Shown: positions 22,147-35,934, counted from the first letter of the whole stretch. The stretch is DNA of 63,958 bases, filler included, from Octopus bimaculoides (GCF_001194135.2; 5 parts of 4 records of this genome joined end to end with filler, not necessarily neighbours in it), one strand, 5' to 3'. A program made the numbers and translations. The notes: generated by a model from the letters alone, not told the origin.

Positions 22147-22679
22147 CAACCCACACGCATACGAACCGGATTCTGCAAATTTCCTGTCTTCCAAATTATA
22201 CTTACAAGATATAAAGTCGCCATTAATTAAGCTTTTGTCGAAGACACTTGCCCATAGTGTCGCTCAGTAGGATCGAACACTGAATCACGGAGTTTCAAAG
22301 CAGACTTCTTAACCTCACAACAATTTCTGCACCTATGTCTTCAGCTCCATTGCAACTTTCTGATTTCTCTCTCGTAATCAAGAAAGTACTCTAAGCAGCA
22401 AATTTAATTTACCAAACCATTTACCGAACACACACACACACACGCACACACACACACACACACATACACACACACACAATCAGCTTCCGGTATCTTCTCC
22501 ATATCTCTCTCAAACCCATCTTGCTAAATGTCTAAAAATAAAAAAATAATTAAACATTAACAATTCCGAATATACAGTAAAAAAAAAAAAGGAAAGGACG
22601 GGATACTCATGACTGGAACGCCCTCCACTTTGATCATAGATGGGTCTACTCCAACAGGGCCAACCAAGGGCTAATCATC

Positions 22680-23131
22680 TACTACTACTACTACTGCTAC
22701 TGCTGCTGCTGCTGCTGCTGCTGCTGGCTGGGAACAGACAAGAAACTCGAAGACGACGTTGACCTGAGAATCCACCAACACCATTCTCCCAAACAAACGC
22801 AAACATCAAATAAGTAGTGAATGTGATAATAATCCTCATCAGCGTTATCATGAATCCCCTCCTCCACCTTATCAGCATCATCATCATCATGCTTACCTCC
22901 TCTTCCTCCTCATCATCATGATTAACATCATCGCCATCATTATCCTCCTCCTCCTCCTCTTCCTCATTATCATTATCCTCCTCCTCTTCCTCATTATCAT
23001 TATCCTCCTCCTCTTCCTCATTATCATTATTTCCATCATCATCACCACCATCCACATCATTATGATCAGCATCATCGCTTCCACCACCACCACCACCACC
23101 ACTACTATCATCATCATCATCAGCAGCATCC

Positions 23132-23186
<55 letters not shown>

Positions 23187-23205
23187 GCTCTCTCTCTCAC
23201 GCGCG
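22680..23205. repeat. Compound (CTA)/(CTG)/(TCA)/(TCC)/(CCA)/(CT)/(CA) low-complexity block
   Basis: Direct reading; includes a repeated unit cctcctcctcttcctcattatcattat. Confidence 0.9.
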
Positions 23206-23989
23206 CGCTCATCCAATCTGTACTGAATAACGTGATTGTAATTAAATATCTCGCATCTTAAAAACCAGGAATATTTGCTCACATGCCAATAATTTAGACC
23301 ACGTGAACTTGAAATCTTTGCTCCGTTAAGCAACTGGATTAGTGTCTTCCGCCGTAGAAGAGCACAGAAAAGAGAAAAATGTACTCTAAACCATGTGTAC
23401 TTCACTAGTTTCTATACACAGGGGACCCAGGGTAGGGAAAAAAATGGCCTTTACGCAAACTTCGGTAATTCTTAATGCTATTATATTTTATCAGTTTACA
23501 AACACATACACACACACACATAAACACACATAAATATACATACACACGCATACACACACTTATTTCGTTTTTTTTTTTGTTGACATGAAATCTTGTGTTG
23601 AAACAGATGTATTTTGGGAGGGTCAGATTGCCAACACGACCCTCCCAAGATGCGATAATATACATACATACATACACACATACACACACATACATACATA
23701 CATGCAGATACATACATGCACGCACATGCACACGTTATATATATATATATATATATTTAAATATATATATATATATATTTAAATATATGTTCTATTCTTT
23801 CCACATATGTATTACATACACACACATTCTATCCTTTATACACATATAATAATACATATATACACACACATATATACATTCGTTCTATTCTATTTATTCT
23901 CTTATTGGTTTTAGTCACTGGACCGCGGCCATGCGAGGACATCGCCTTCCCCCCACCCCCGCTTCTATTATTAAGTTTTCATGACCGTA

Positions 23990-25480
23990 ATTTGATCCCT
24001 AATTGAATTTGTTGCAGCTGATCTTCTCTGAATATAACCTTGTGTTGTTGGCTGGTATTTCATTCTTGTCAGGAATTTGTTCAGCTTTTCCTTTCATGCA
24101 ACTTCCGGCATCCCTTTTTATATTTTCGAAGGCGGGTGTCTTTAAATCTAAGAATATCCTTATTCTCGGTTGAGAAGGTGATGTATCTGGAATCTGGTTC
24201 TATTTATCAATTCTTACATGAAAGTTCTAAGACCAAAATTTAAGACACGGCCTTCCAGGGTCTTTCCGATATAGATAGCAGTTCCTCCCTCTCTCTCTCA
24301 CTCTCTCTCTCGCTTTCTCTCTACCACGTCCAAGAGAATACAAATGTAGAGCTTTAAGACGTTCCAAATAATTAAGGCGTTTTTCCGAAGTTATGGTATT
24401 AATACCCGTATTCTGTTACCTTCAATTACATTTTCGTCTTCTTACATCGAACCAAGTGTGTTTGGTTCTAAGCGCTGTGGTCAGTCATTGAAAATACTGA
24501 AAACAAAGCTTTTCCTTATGGTCGCATAACTATTGATCCTCTTGAGACGAAGCTTTGGAGGATCCATTCTCGGAGATGTTTGCAATAAGAGGTCAGGTCA
24601 GTAGTATCTCGGATGAAAGAAGCATCGTTTGAAATAATTATTCCGAACTTTCTTATTACTTCAGAGATTTGAATTGCTGTAATCACATAATCACATAAAA
24701 TAATTTCTATTGTGGCCATTTATTTTGTATTTAAGAACTTGAAATTTTGATGCGTTGAGTTCCATATTATTTTCGTTCGCTCATCAATAGTAGAGGTAGT
24801 ATGGAGGCATATGCTGTAACAGCGCATCGCTTTATCCACCATTTGTTGGCGGTTCCCTACAACTCCTGGTGGATGAAACCTTTGTACCACTCAGGGGATA
24901 AGCTTCTTACCCATGGGCCTGTTTTTGGTCAGTCGTTTCTAGTGAGGGTTTTACGGGGTCAGAGTGCAAATCCGACCTCAACCTCTTTTAGTTGCTTTTT
25001 ACGACACACAGAGGAAACGTTGGGTCAATTCTTTGTCATGCCGGTCCACACACACCGAGAGATAGAATTTAGCTCATTCTCAAATGTATCGGCAACATTT
25101 GCAGTTTTCATTACAATCGATATGTTTATGTCATTGTTAGAATCGTCGAGAATACTTGTAAGATTATATACACGAGAGCGTGGTGGTGAATTACAGTAAC
25201 TTTAAGACTGTACCTTGAGGTACATCATTTGCTACAGGTGACTTAGAAAAGAGAAGATCATTGGCAACAATAGCTTGACTTTTACCATGTAAAAATTCGT
25301 TGAGTCATACACCGAAGTTTCCAGTGATACCAAGATTTCTTAATCTGTGACAGATGATTCCGCGATCAATCTTGTCAAAAGTTTTAGCAAACTCAAGGTA
25401 TATGCATTGAACGTCCACGTTCCTTAGGAGATCATTAAAGTTAGTGTTATGATGTAAAATTGTGTCAAAGAACCATGCTT
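23990..25480 (-). mobile_element. CR1/L2-group LINE RT remnant
   Basis: Minus strand: VQCIYLEFAKTFDKIDRGIICHRLRNLGITG, DVPQGTVL, FGIIISNDASF, LNYLERLKALHLYSL, IYI.KTLEG. Heavily mutated; boundaries approximate. Confidence 0.8.
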
Positions 25481-25482
25481 TG

Positions 25483-25561
<79 letters not shown>

Positions 25562-25899
25562 TAATATTTCGCTTAGGCATAGCGATACTAATAATTAATT
25601 ATAGATATGCTTCAGAAAAAAGCGTCGAGTACAGAGCGAAATAAGAGATTAAATTAAAGACAAAGGAACAAGAAATTGTACTGGACTGCGTTATCTTATA
25701 GGTGTTTCTGCTGTAAGATACAGAAACAGCTGTAAGCTAATGAAGTCCATTTCACAATTTCTTGTTCCCTTGCCATTCATTTTATGTCTTATATATATAC
25801 ATACATATATATAACTTAGATAACTTAGATTGGTTTCGGCCATTATCGGCCCGAGCCATGACTAACTCAATAAAACCATATGGAAAAGTCTTTCAGTTA

Positions 25900-26030
25900 A
25901 TTATTTCAGGACACCAGAGACCACTCGAGCGGAGAGTTGAGACTTATCCAGGTGTAAGTGGTTTATCCGGTATTTCCTGGAGGAATTTGTCCAGGTACCG
26001 TTTGAAAGTTGTGGGGGTCTTTTTCTACTT
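25900..26030 (-). mobile_element. CR1-like LINE 3' end fragment
   Basis: Minus strand reads TFKRYLDKFLQEIPDKPLTPG, the typical CR1 ORF2 C-terminus. Confidence 0.6.
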
Positions 26031-26186
26031 TAATTTCTACTGAAAAGTGCAGGAACATTTGCAGTGAGAATATATTATATAGAAGAGTATTATTATATAT
26101 GTATGTATATTCTTATATATATATATATGTATATATATATAAGAATATACATACATATATACATACATACACACATACTGACATAC

Positions 26187-26247
<61 letters not shown>

Positions 26248-26750
26248 TATGTACATATGCATACATATATGTGTACATATATATAAATACATATTTCTAT
26301 ACTTATAAATCAACACACACACACACACATACATTTATATATTCGTATATATATGCACATATATATATATACATATGTTTATGTATATGCAAATACATAT
26401 GTATATATATCCATATAAGCGCACACACGAGTGTACATACATAATATGAACACATACGTACATACATATATTTGTGTGTGTGAGTGTGTGTGTGAGTGTG
26501 TGTGTAATTACTTTTACATATGTATCTTTGTCGTTACACACAACTAAGTATGTGCATCTATTTATTTAAAGAATCTCACCTGAAGATTTGTTGAAATATC
26601 TTACAAATTTTCTCTGTGTGGCTAATAGATTGGATTTGAAGATAAGCCTCAGTTTCTTTCACTCTTTCTTAGAAAATCCTAGCATTTCTAGCACAAATAC
26701 AAAGCTTTGTATGCGCGTGCGCTTATATATATGTATATATATATATTGTA

Positions 26751-28474
26751 CAGGGGTTGGACAAAATAATGGAAACACCTAGCATCATAACATCATAATT
26801 TTGAAATATCTATAAAACCGTCAAAAGTTTGTTAATTTTGTTTTTTGATTTATTATTAGCGTTGCTTAATATGTTTTGCTAAAATTGCTGTTTTCGTTCA
26901 GATATCATCAGAAAAAGGTAATTAAACATTAACTTGAAAGATCTATCGGACTTTCAAAGAGGTCAAATTGTTGGTGCTCGTATGGCAGGCGCTAGCGTAA
27001 CGAAAACAACCGAAATGTTTGGTGTATCAGGAAGTACTATCTCGAAAGTAATGACAGCCTTTGAGAAAGAGAGAAAAACATCCTTGTCGAAACAAAACTC
27101 CAAAAAAACCAAAACTTTCAGATAGGAACCACTTGACTCTTGCGTGAATTGTTAGAAAGGATCACAAAAGTACAGCTCCCCAAATTACTGAAGGGCTTAA
27201 TGACCACCTCGTGAACCGAGTTTCCACAAAAACTGTTCGCCAGGAGCTGCACAAAGCCGGATTTCACGGGAGGGCTGCAATCAGAAAACCACTACTTTCA
27301 AAAACAAACGTTGCAAAGCGTTTAGAGTGGAGTAAAATCCTACGNNNNNNNNNNNNNNNNNNNNNNNNNNNNNNNNNNNNNNNNNNNNNNNNNNNNNNNN
27401 NNNNNNNNNTTGAAAGATCTATCGGACTTTCAAAGAGGTCAAATTGTTGGTGCTCGTATGGCAGGCGCTAGCGTAACGAAAACAACCGAAATGTTTGGTG
27501 TATCAGGAAGTACTATCTCGAAAGTAATGACAGCCTTTGAGAAAGAGAGAAAAACATCCTTGTCGAAACAAAACTCCAAAAAAACCAAAACTTTCAGATA
27601 GGAACCACTTGACTCTTGCGTGAATTGTTAGAAAGGATCACAAAAGTACAGCTCCCCAAATTACTGAAGGGCTTAATGACCACCTCGTGAACCGAGTTTC
27701 CACAAAAACTGTTCGCCAGGAGCTGCACAAAGCCGGATTTCACGGGAGGGCTGCAATCAGAAAACCACTACTTTCAAAAACAAACGTTGCAAAGCGTTTA
27801 GAGTGGAGTAAAATCCTACGGAATTGGCGCCTAGAACAGTGGAAGAATGTTATTTTCTCGGACGAGTCATCCTTTACCTTATTTCCGACCACCGGTCGAG
27901 TATACGTGTGGAGATAGCCAAAAGAAGCATTTGACCCAGACTACCTTCTTCCAAATTTTAAATATGGAGGAGGATCTGTGATGACCTGGGAGGTTATATC
28001 TTGGAAATCCACTGACCCAATGGTTTCCATTCATGGCAGAATTAATTGTCAAGACTATTTAAGCATTTTATCTTTTCAAATTCATCCTATGGTTGCGGAA
28101 CTGTTTCCGGAGGGGAATGCAGTCTTTCAGGATGATAATGAACCAATCCATACAGCTAAAGTTGTTATTGAATGGTACGAGGAAAATTCTATTGAAATTG
28201 AACATCTTATCTGGCCACCACAGTCCCTAGATCTCAATACTATTGAACGTTTATGGTGCATTTTAGAAAAACAAGTAAAGAGTCGATATCCCCCACCATC
28301 ATCACTACAAGAACTGGAGACTGTTTTAGCTGAAGAATGGACAAAAATTCCTTTGGAAACAATTCTACCTCGTAGAATTCAAGCTGTAATTACTGCCAAA
28401 GACGGTCTTACTCCATATTAAAATAAATTTGTTTTGAAATTTTAAGGCGTTTCCATTATTTTGTCCAAGCCCTG
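26751..28474 (+). mobile_element. Tc1/mariner-superfamily DNA transposon, full length but degenerate, DD36E spacing
   Basis: 30-bp TIRs CAGGGGTTGGACAAAATAATGGAAACACCT vs rc CAGGGCTTGGACAAAATAATGGAAACGCCT (2 mismatches); TA flanks at 26749-50 and 28475-76; motifs IFSDESSF, FQDDNEPIHT, WPPQSLDLNTIE. About 1248 bp after removing the 476-bp gap-associated duplication. Confidence 0.95.
26934..28421 (+). pseudogene. Tc1-like transposase pseudogene
   Basis: TTG where ATG is expected (MKDLSDFQRGQIVGAR...); frameshift near 27595; in-frame TAG at 27915-27917; reading then continues in frame to the catalytic core. Confidence 0.9.
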
Positions 28475-28746
28475 TATATATATATATATATATATAGCGT
28501 GAGAGAGTTAGGGGTTGGGGGTACNNNNNNNNNNGAGCAGAGAGGATGGTGGAGGGAGGAAGTGGAACAAGGAGGAAGGGACATGTATGTATGTACGTAT
28601 GTATGTATACATACATAGTTTGATACATACTAATATACAGTTTATTCTATGAATCTTATATACCCATTTGTCATTCTGTTTTTCTGTCTGTCTGTCTGTC
28701 TGTTTGTCTCTGCATGTCTCTCTCTTCTCTCTCTCTGTCTCTCTCT

Positions 28747-28796
<50 letters not shown>

Positions 28797-29238
28797 CTTC
28801 TTATATACCCTGTTCAATATGAAAAGCAAACGGATCAAAGTGTCTTCTCGTTTGACAGTCAGCCTATATAACCCACCATTCTGTCTCACCGCACTCAGCA
28901 TGACTACATCTCTTGGGAGAATGGCTGGTCCTGGGGCAGCAAGCGAACCGACTCTTGATAGATTTTTATTATTATTTTTGTTTTTGTTTTCCGTGGAGAG
29001 AAGAAAATATCTTTAAACATTTGATCAAATTTTCTTTTTTTTCAAACATAAATTTTATCTTATTTTTTAAATCATAGCAAATAGTCTTTAACATTGCTAT
29101 GTGGCTATGTCCACCTCGTTGGTTGTTCTGCACGGGATGGCTTAAGGTTTTCGCATGCTTCGGTTATTTGCTAGAATTTCTTTTCTCTCGCTCTCTCTCT
29201 CTCACACACACAAATGCTTTTAGGCATTAATCTATCTC

Positions 29239-29292
<54 letters not shown>

Positions 29293-30968
29293 ATATACAT
29301 ATACCTCTATAAATAAAAAAAATATGTATATAGATAGCTGTAACACAAACACACACATCACGGACGTGAGAAAGTGTGTGTGAGAGAGAGAATGTGTATG
29401 GGTATCGGTGTGTGTGTGTGAGTGCGTGTGTATGTGTGTGAGTGTTTACTAATGGAATTAGAGCAAGAGACACTTGCCCGAGGTGCCACCGAGTTGGACT
29501 GAACCCGGAACCATATGGTTGGTAAGCAAGCTACTTACCATACAGCCATTCCTGCGCCTGTAGCAATATTATACGAATATTGTAATAATATTAAAGTAAT
29601 AACCACCCATGTAGGCATCATTTTATCTTTTACTTCGACCCCGCTACTTATGTTTCTATAAGTCTGGTATTTATTCTATCGATGTAATTTATCGAACTGC
29701 TAAGTTATGGGGACGTAAGTAAAGTAACAGTAGGTGTCATGCGGCGGGTGGAGGACAAACAAGCGCGCGCGCACACATATTTTATCTTTTATCTTTTGCT
29801 TGTTTCAGTCATTAGACTGCGGCCATGCTGGGGCACCGCCTTGAAGAATTTTTCCTCAACTGAATCGACCCCAGTACATATTTTTCCAAAACTTAGTTCT
29901 TATTCTATCGATTTCTTATGCCGAACCGCTAAATTACAGTGACGTAAACACACATGTTGTCAACCAGTGGTTGGAGANNNNNNNNNNNNNNNNNNNNNNN
30001 NNNNNNNNNNNNNNNNNNNNNNNNNNNNNNNNNNNNNNNNNNNNNNNNNNNNNNNNNNNNNNNNNNNNNNNNNNNNNNNNNNNNNNNNNNNNNNNNNNNN
30101 NNNNNNNNNNNNNNNNNNNNNNNNNNNNNNNNNNNNNNNNNNNNNNNNNNNNNNNNNNNNNNNNNNNNNNNNNNNNNNNNNNNNNNNNNNNNNNNNNNNN
30201 NNNNNNNNNNNNNNNNNNNNNNNNNNNNNNNNNNNNNNNNNNNNNNNNNNNNNNNNNNNNNNNNNNNNNNNNNNNNNNNNNNNNNNNNNNNNNNNNNNNN
30301 NNNNNNNNNNNNNNNNNNNNNNNNNNNNNNNNNNNNNNNNNNNNNNNNNNNNNNNNNNNNNNNNNNNNNNNNNNNNNNNNNNNNNNNNNNNNNNNNNNNN
30401 NNNNNNNNNNNNNNNNNNNNNNNNNNNNNNNNNNNNNNNNNNNNNNNNNNNNNNNNNNNNNNNNNNNNNNNNNNNNNNNNNNNNNNNNNNNNNNNNNNNN
30501 NNNNNNTCCTTCTCTTTGACCGAAATGCTGGTGGCAATTCTTCTAAAAGGTGGACGCAACACTCGAAGAAAATATTGGGAAACAGAGAAGCCTCACACGG
30601 AACTAGTTTTGGAGGAAAGTCAAAAAGGCCGCCGCCGCCGCTGCACGGCGACGATAATATGTCAGCTTATATTTGTTTGTTTCTTTGTTTTATTTATTGA
30701 GTAAGTTGAAACCGTTGTATCAGAAGGGCTGCCGTAATTAAATGCTATCATCACCATCATCCCAGTATTGCTGAGTTAAGCAGATTTCTGTTTGCCGGGC
30801 GTAAATTTTAATCGTCTGCAGAAGCTACGATGTGACTCGAGGAACAAGCGTTTCGTGCATTGGCATTTACCAATGAGACATGTTCGAAAATGTTGGCCCC
30901 CCCCGGTCGCTTTTTAACGTCTGCCGATTACAAAGTTTACTCCACAATAAATGTCTATCCATCCATCC

Positions 30969-31006
<38 letters not shown>

Positions 31007-31011
31007 TAAGA

Positions 31012-31220
31012 GCTTTACAACTGTATGCCAGACTTGTTTGGAGAAGTCTTGGCGGTCGTGTACTGCAACTGGCAGCAGAACGGGAGCATTCCCGGTTTTG
31101 TGAGCCGAGGAGCGGTAACGCTGCTGAAGAAAGATCCAAACAAGGGGGACGCCATAGATAACTTTAGGCCCATCACTCTGCTCAATGCAGACATGAAAAT
31201 TTTGGCCAAGGTGTTAGCCA
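31012..31220 (+). mobile_element. L1/Tx1-clade LINE fragment (RT N-terminal part), cut by a gap
   Basis: MPDLFGEVLA...RGAVTLLKKDPNKGDAIDNFRPITLLNADMKILAKVLA, homologous to 41100-41270 and 45320-45510. Confidence 0.88.
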
Positions 31221-31320
31221 NNNNNNNNNNNNNNNNNNNNNNNNNNNNNNNNNNNNNNNNNNNNTTAATTAATTAANNNNNNNNNNNNNNNNNNNNNNNN
31301 NNNNNNNNNNNNNNNNNNNN
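31221..31320. other. Assembly spacer: 44 N + TTAATTAATTAA + 44 N (recurs with the core at 49011, 59189 and 62834)
   Basis: An identical 12-mer palindrome with stops in all six frames sits centred in N runs four times; 44+12+44 = 100 nt counted at 31221 and 48967. Confidence 0.93.
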
Positions 31321-31352
<32 letters not shown>

Positions 31353-31572
31353 AGTGTGTCTTTGTGTTTGTCCCCCATGACCATTTGACAACAAGTGTTG
31401 ATATATTTATGTCCCTGTATATTAGCGGTTTGGCAAGGGATAACCAATAAAATAAGCACTAGGCTTACAAATAATAAGTCCTAGGGTCGATTGGTTTGAC
31501 TAAAAACCTTTCAAGGAGGTGCTCCAGCATGGCTGCAGTCTAATGACTGAAGCAAGTAGAAGAATGAAAGAG

Positions 31573-31622
<50 letters not shown>

Positions 31623-32088
31623 AGAGAGAGAGAAGGAAGTTTAATGAGAGAGAAAGAGAGAGAGGAAAGGACAGATTGATAGATAGAGAAAGACAGGAAG
31701 AGAGAGAAAGAGAGAGGGAAAGAGAGAGAACAAATTAAAGAATAACTTAAATAAACTCTTAATGAAAGACAAGAGGAACAGACATTAACAATCAAAAGGG
31801 ATTATGATTAACAACAACAACAATGACAACAGCATCTGTAGCAAAACAGCAACGCCACCACCACCACCACCACCACCACCACAACCACCACCACCACCAC
31901 CTTCAACAACAACAATTACGCTGATTAAAGCTTGGAAAAGATTTGTGTATAGAATGAAGAGTGTTCTAAGGGAAAGGTTCTGGTGAAGTGGTTGTAGAGT
32001 GGTGTACTGTCATTTGTTGATGTGGTGGTATAGATGTGCTTGGAACAGACAGGGATTATAGTATGATGATAACAACAACAACAACAAC

Positions 32089-32156
<68 letters not shown>

Positions 32157-32664
32157 GGATAATATTGATGATAATTTCTACCATGCAATATTAATTTCTT
32201 CTCTTCCTTCTTTTCGTGGATTTATTATATTGTGACTGAAAAATCTATCCATCAATTCTGGAGTGCAGTAGAGCATAGCGATTGGCCATCATCACTCATC
32301 AAGTGAAATTCAATGAAGTGTGAAATCTGATTGCATTTCATCATCCGGAAGATCCTTACGCAACATTCTGATCTTCTCGTTCTTTTAAAATACTGGCAAC
32401 ATGAAGGAGGAATTTGGATTTTGTTGATGTATAAAGATTTGCTTCAAGTATCGTACTCACTCACATTTGCACAATACACGCATATGCACACACACACACA
32501 CACATTCACACAGACACAGACACACACACACAGACACACACACACACATACATATATACATGCACACATGCACATATATATAAATAAGCACATATATTTA
32601 TAAGTGTGTGTGTGTGCGCGTGCATGTGTCTGTGTAAGTGTGTCTTCATATTAAAAAATATCGT

Positions 32665-32719
<55 letters not shown>

Positions 32720-32729
32720 AGATCAGGAT

Positions 32730-33700
32730 TCAAGTGAATGAGGCACTTGAATGGTAAGGCACTGGGTCGGTTCAAAAAGTAAAATGTGTGTACAACAGAA
32801 ACAGAGGAATAGGTTTGTGGGTAGCAAAGTAGAGGCAGAAAGATATTCAGGTTACGCATATGATTAACTGTACCTGGCTGAGTATAATCACGAATGCTGA
32901 GGCTAATCAAGGAACGCACACTGTACCAAATGTAAGGTGGTCCATAACGTACTTGGGATTGACACAAGGAGCAGGTTTTGAGTGAGTAGAATAATGAATG
33001 AATAGATAACAACAGATGGATCATGTGTCAATTCACTACAGCTGTTTCCCACGAATTTTTGATTGATTAAGGGAGACACTACCTTATGAGGAAAAAACGT
33101 TTTCATCAGGTGAATATATGAACGACATTCAAAAACATTATAAGCACCGATGGGATGTGCACCTCCATGATTCTACGACCCTTGCTGGGAGCAAGTGTTA
33201 TCTCTATTAATCAATTAAAAATTCGTTGGAAACAGCTGTAGTGAATTAACACATTATCCATCTGTTGTTATATGTATATATTATATATTGACTAGCATTG
33301 AGATACTTCAGCGATATTTGTATCATTTAGTGAATTGATAAAAAGAACACATTGAAGGCAAGTGTCAGGAGTGGAAACTCCAGAGTTTCAGGCAGAGGCA
33401 CTCTTCAGGGAAAAGTTGAAAGGAGAGATATTAATGTGAGACAACTGAGTTTTACATCTTCTAAACTAGAAAAACTGGTTGCAACTGATGAGAAATGCAG
33501 GGACATGGGATCTTCATACATGAAAAGAATGTGGTAGGAGAGAGATACAGGTGTGAAAAAGGTAGAATGAAAGAGGAATAGAATGAGAGAGCGCGACAGG
33601 CAAAGTTGAGAATGAAGTGAAAAGATGAGGTGAGAAAAGAGTTGAAGGACAAGAAAAGGTTTCATGGAATCAGTCCCTTTCCACCTGTGCAACCCAAACC
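32730..33700 (-). mobile_element. Possible ancient L2-like LINE remnant (interrupted by the 33009 MITE)
   Basis: Degenerate VPQG/GP.LF-like segment (CQSQVRYGPPYIWY) and L2-like composition; weak. Confidence 0.3.
33009..33268. mobile_element. TA-flanked MITE (Tc1/mariner-type), 260 bp
   Basis: 67-bp TIRs 33009-33075 and 33202-33268 (61/67 identical); TA at 33007-08 and 33269-70. Confidence 0.88.
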
Positions 33701-35290
33701 CCTTTTTATTATGAACTTTAAATCATTTTACACAGTGAGCCCTTAAACATTTCTTAGACCATGGCACTACAACATTCTTTTGTTTAGCTGAACTCATTAT
33801 AACCAAAACACATTAAATCTGCCTTACCATTCTCTCAATTCCTACGCTTTTGCCAGCACTGCAGCATGGATTCGGATTTTGAACTCCAATGTGAAAGACT
33901 GCGATAATTCTTCTCATGTTAGCAAATTCTAATTAATATGGTAGAAGTATTTTGTTACTGACAAAAGGGTCACTTTTATGAGATTCTTCTCCAGGCATCT
34001 CCAAAGTTAACAATAATTTGATCCTCATGGCCTCTGAGTTTAATGAACATATTAGACAGCATTATGAGGGATTTGCTGGCATTCATGGGAACAAGAACTA
34101 TAGTACATGAAAGGAATAGGGAATCAAAGCTCCTACCTCACTCAGTCCTCTTATTAATCGCCCTGCTTTATACTGTTGGTATGACTAAGGATGATTGTGG
34201 TTCTCCTCTTCTGTTTTCTTCACATTGTATTGCTTCACTCACACTCATTATTCACTTCTCAATCATCACTCCCATCTCTTCTCGGTTCTCCCTTTATAAT
34301 GCTTCTGATGTGATTGAGGATAGCAGAGGATTTCTTCTGTTCATTATACAATACTTCCAGTTAAGATACCACTACACCTATTCTCACCCTCTCCCCATCA
34401 ATCTTTTGTACCTCTCACTGGTACAGGACCCACCTACTTTTCATTCAACATGCCATTACTCTTATTATTTAGTCCTTCTGGTCAATCTTGTTGCCTATGG
34501 ATAGGAGGCTACATTAAACCACTTGTGCCCTGTTCACTCTACCTTTATTCTCCCATCATTGACAACTCGTCATCACCCTGTATCATTCTGTCTGCCAGCA
34601 AACTCTTAATTCTTTTCTCCCTTTTACCCTGGGTCTCTGAGTTCTGTCACCTCCCTGTTGTATTGCCTCAAATATACATAACTATCACAGAATATTGATT
34701 ACTCCCATTACTCATACCACTGTCACACATTTCCATCATCTCTATCATTCATGCCTCTATCGCCCATATTTCTAACCCTATAAAGAAACGGACAAACAAG
34801 TAATATTGCGAGGTCCATTTTGTCATGGTGCAGACACAGTTACCTCTCTAGTGTGGGTGCCACTAAAAATGTACCCAATACACTATGTAAAGAGTGAGGT
34901 TAAGAGGACCCTTTAGTCTGTCAAAAAAAAATGAAAAAAGAAAGAAAGCAGAGGCACTTTTACAGTGTTATGACAAAAAGTGCTCAGTACCAGTGTTGTT
35001 GTTGGTGTTAAGAAGGGCATCCAGCGGTAGAAACCAAACCAAAATGTAACACAAGTGAATGTGCAGACATACCAATCCAACCCATCCAGCATGGATGGCA
35101 TATGTAAAGTGGTTATATGTTTATATATACGCACACATAGTATATGTGCATATATATTTAGGTGTGCATGCACGTGATTTTTATGTGCATGAGTATATGT
35201 GTGTAAGTGTGTGTTTGATTTCATGTGTGGGTATATGGGTGTGTATGCATATATGTGTGAGTGTTTGCATGACATTATTAGTGCAAACCG

Positions 35291-35500
35291 AGCAGCAAGC
35301 TGGCAAAATCAGTAGAACGCCGGGCGAAATGCTTAGTGGTATTTCGTCTGTGGCAATGTTCTGAGTTCAAATTCTGTCAAGGCCAACTTTACCTTTCATC
35401 CTTTCGGGGGTTGATAAATCAAGTACCAGGTGAGTACTGGGGTCGATGTAATCGACTATCCCCCTCCCCCAAATTTCAAGCCTTGTGCCTAGAGTAGAAA
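35291..35500 (+). mobile_element. SINE family A copy, full length
   Basis: gcaagctggcaaaatcagtag...ctgagttcaaattc...ccttgtgcctagagtagaaac. Confidence 0.9.
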
Positions 35501-35934
35501 CGATTATTGTGCAAACCATTTCTCATACAAAAACTGTGTCCCATAAGTAAAACAGAATTTAATCATGCTTTATGTCTCTAATCTTGTCAAACTTATGGGA
35601 CACTCTTCGTTCCAGTGTATATATTCCAGGTACACACACACACACCTCAATCTACATACCCCTCCCTAAACCCCACAATACAACAAGCTTAATAACCAGA
35701 AATCTTTTTTATCTCATTTAATTGGACCTTACAAGGAAAACAAGTTGTTTAGTTATTTTGCAGGAAGATTCAGAAATATGAATTCCTTTCCCAAATCTTC
35801 TTACGTTTGTTTACCATTTATTTATGCTTGAGGATCTTAAAAACTTAACGGTAGTGACAGTTTTCATCTTCAGCAGATTACTAGCAATTCATCAGAGTGT
35901 GTGTGTGTGTGGATGTATGCATGTATGTATGTAT

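Noticed and set aside
22620-22680. GPVG-like reading on the minus strand as a collagen exon
   Set aside because: No sustained Gly-X-Y register; resembles a short dispersed repeat (compare 15420-15460).
23405-23450. YPGSP reading on the minus strand as a collagen exon
   Set aside because: No acceptor AG or donor in a usable position, and only one triplet.
25820-25885. ggcc-gataat-ggcc-gaaac on the minus strand as a hammerhead
   Set aside because: No CUGANGA core upstream of the stem.
26934-27824. Exact duplication of ~410 nt of the Tc1 transposase 5' half (26934-27344 = 27410-27820)
   Set aside because: The copies are identical and separated only by an N run; this is the classic overlap of adjacent contig ends, not a biological tandem duplication.
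29929-30704. Long ORFs containing X runs (also 36493-37555, 38988-40466, 46760-48078, 50058-50876, 51685-52285, 60491-61237)
   Set aside because: Open only because N gaps contain no stop codons.
31265-31276. TTAATTAATTAA palindrome recurring four times
   Set aside because: Always centred in N padding that totals 100 nt where counted; an artificial six-frame stop spacer, not a CRISPR-like or regulatory repeat.
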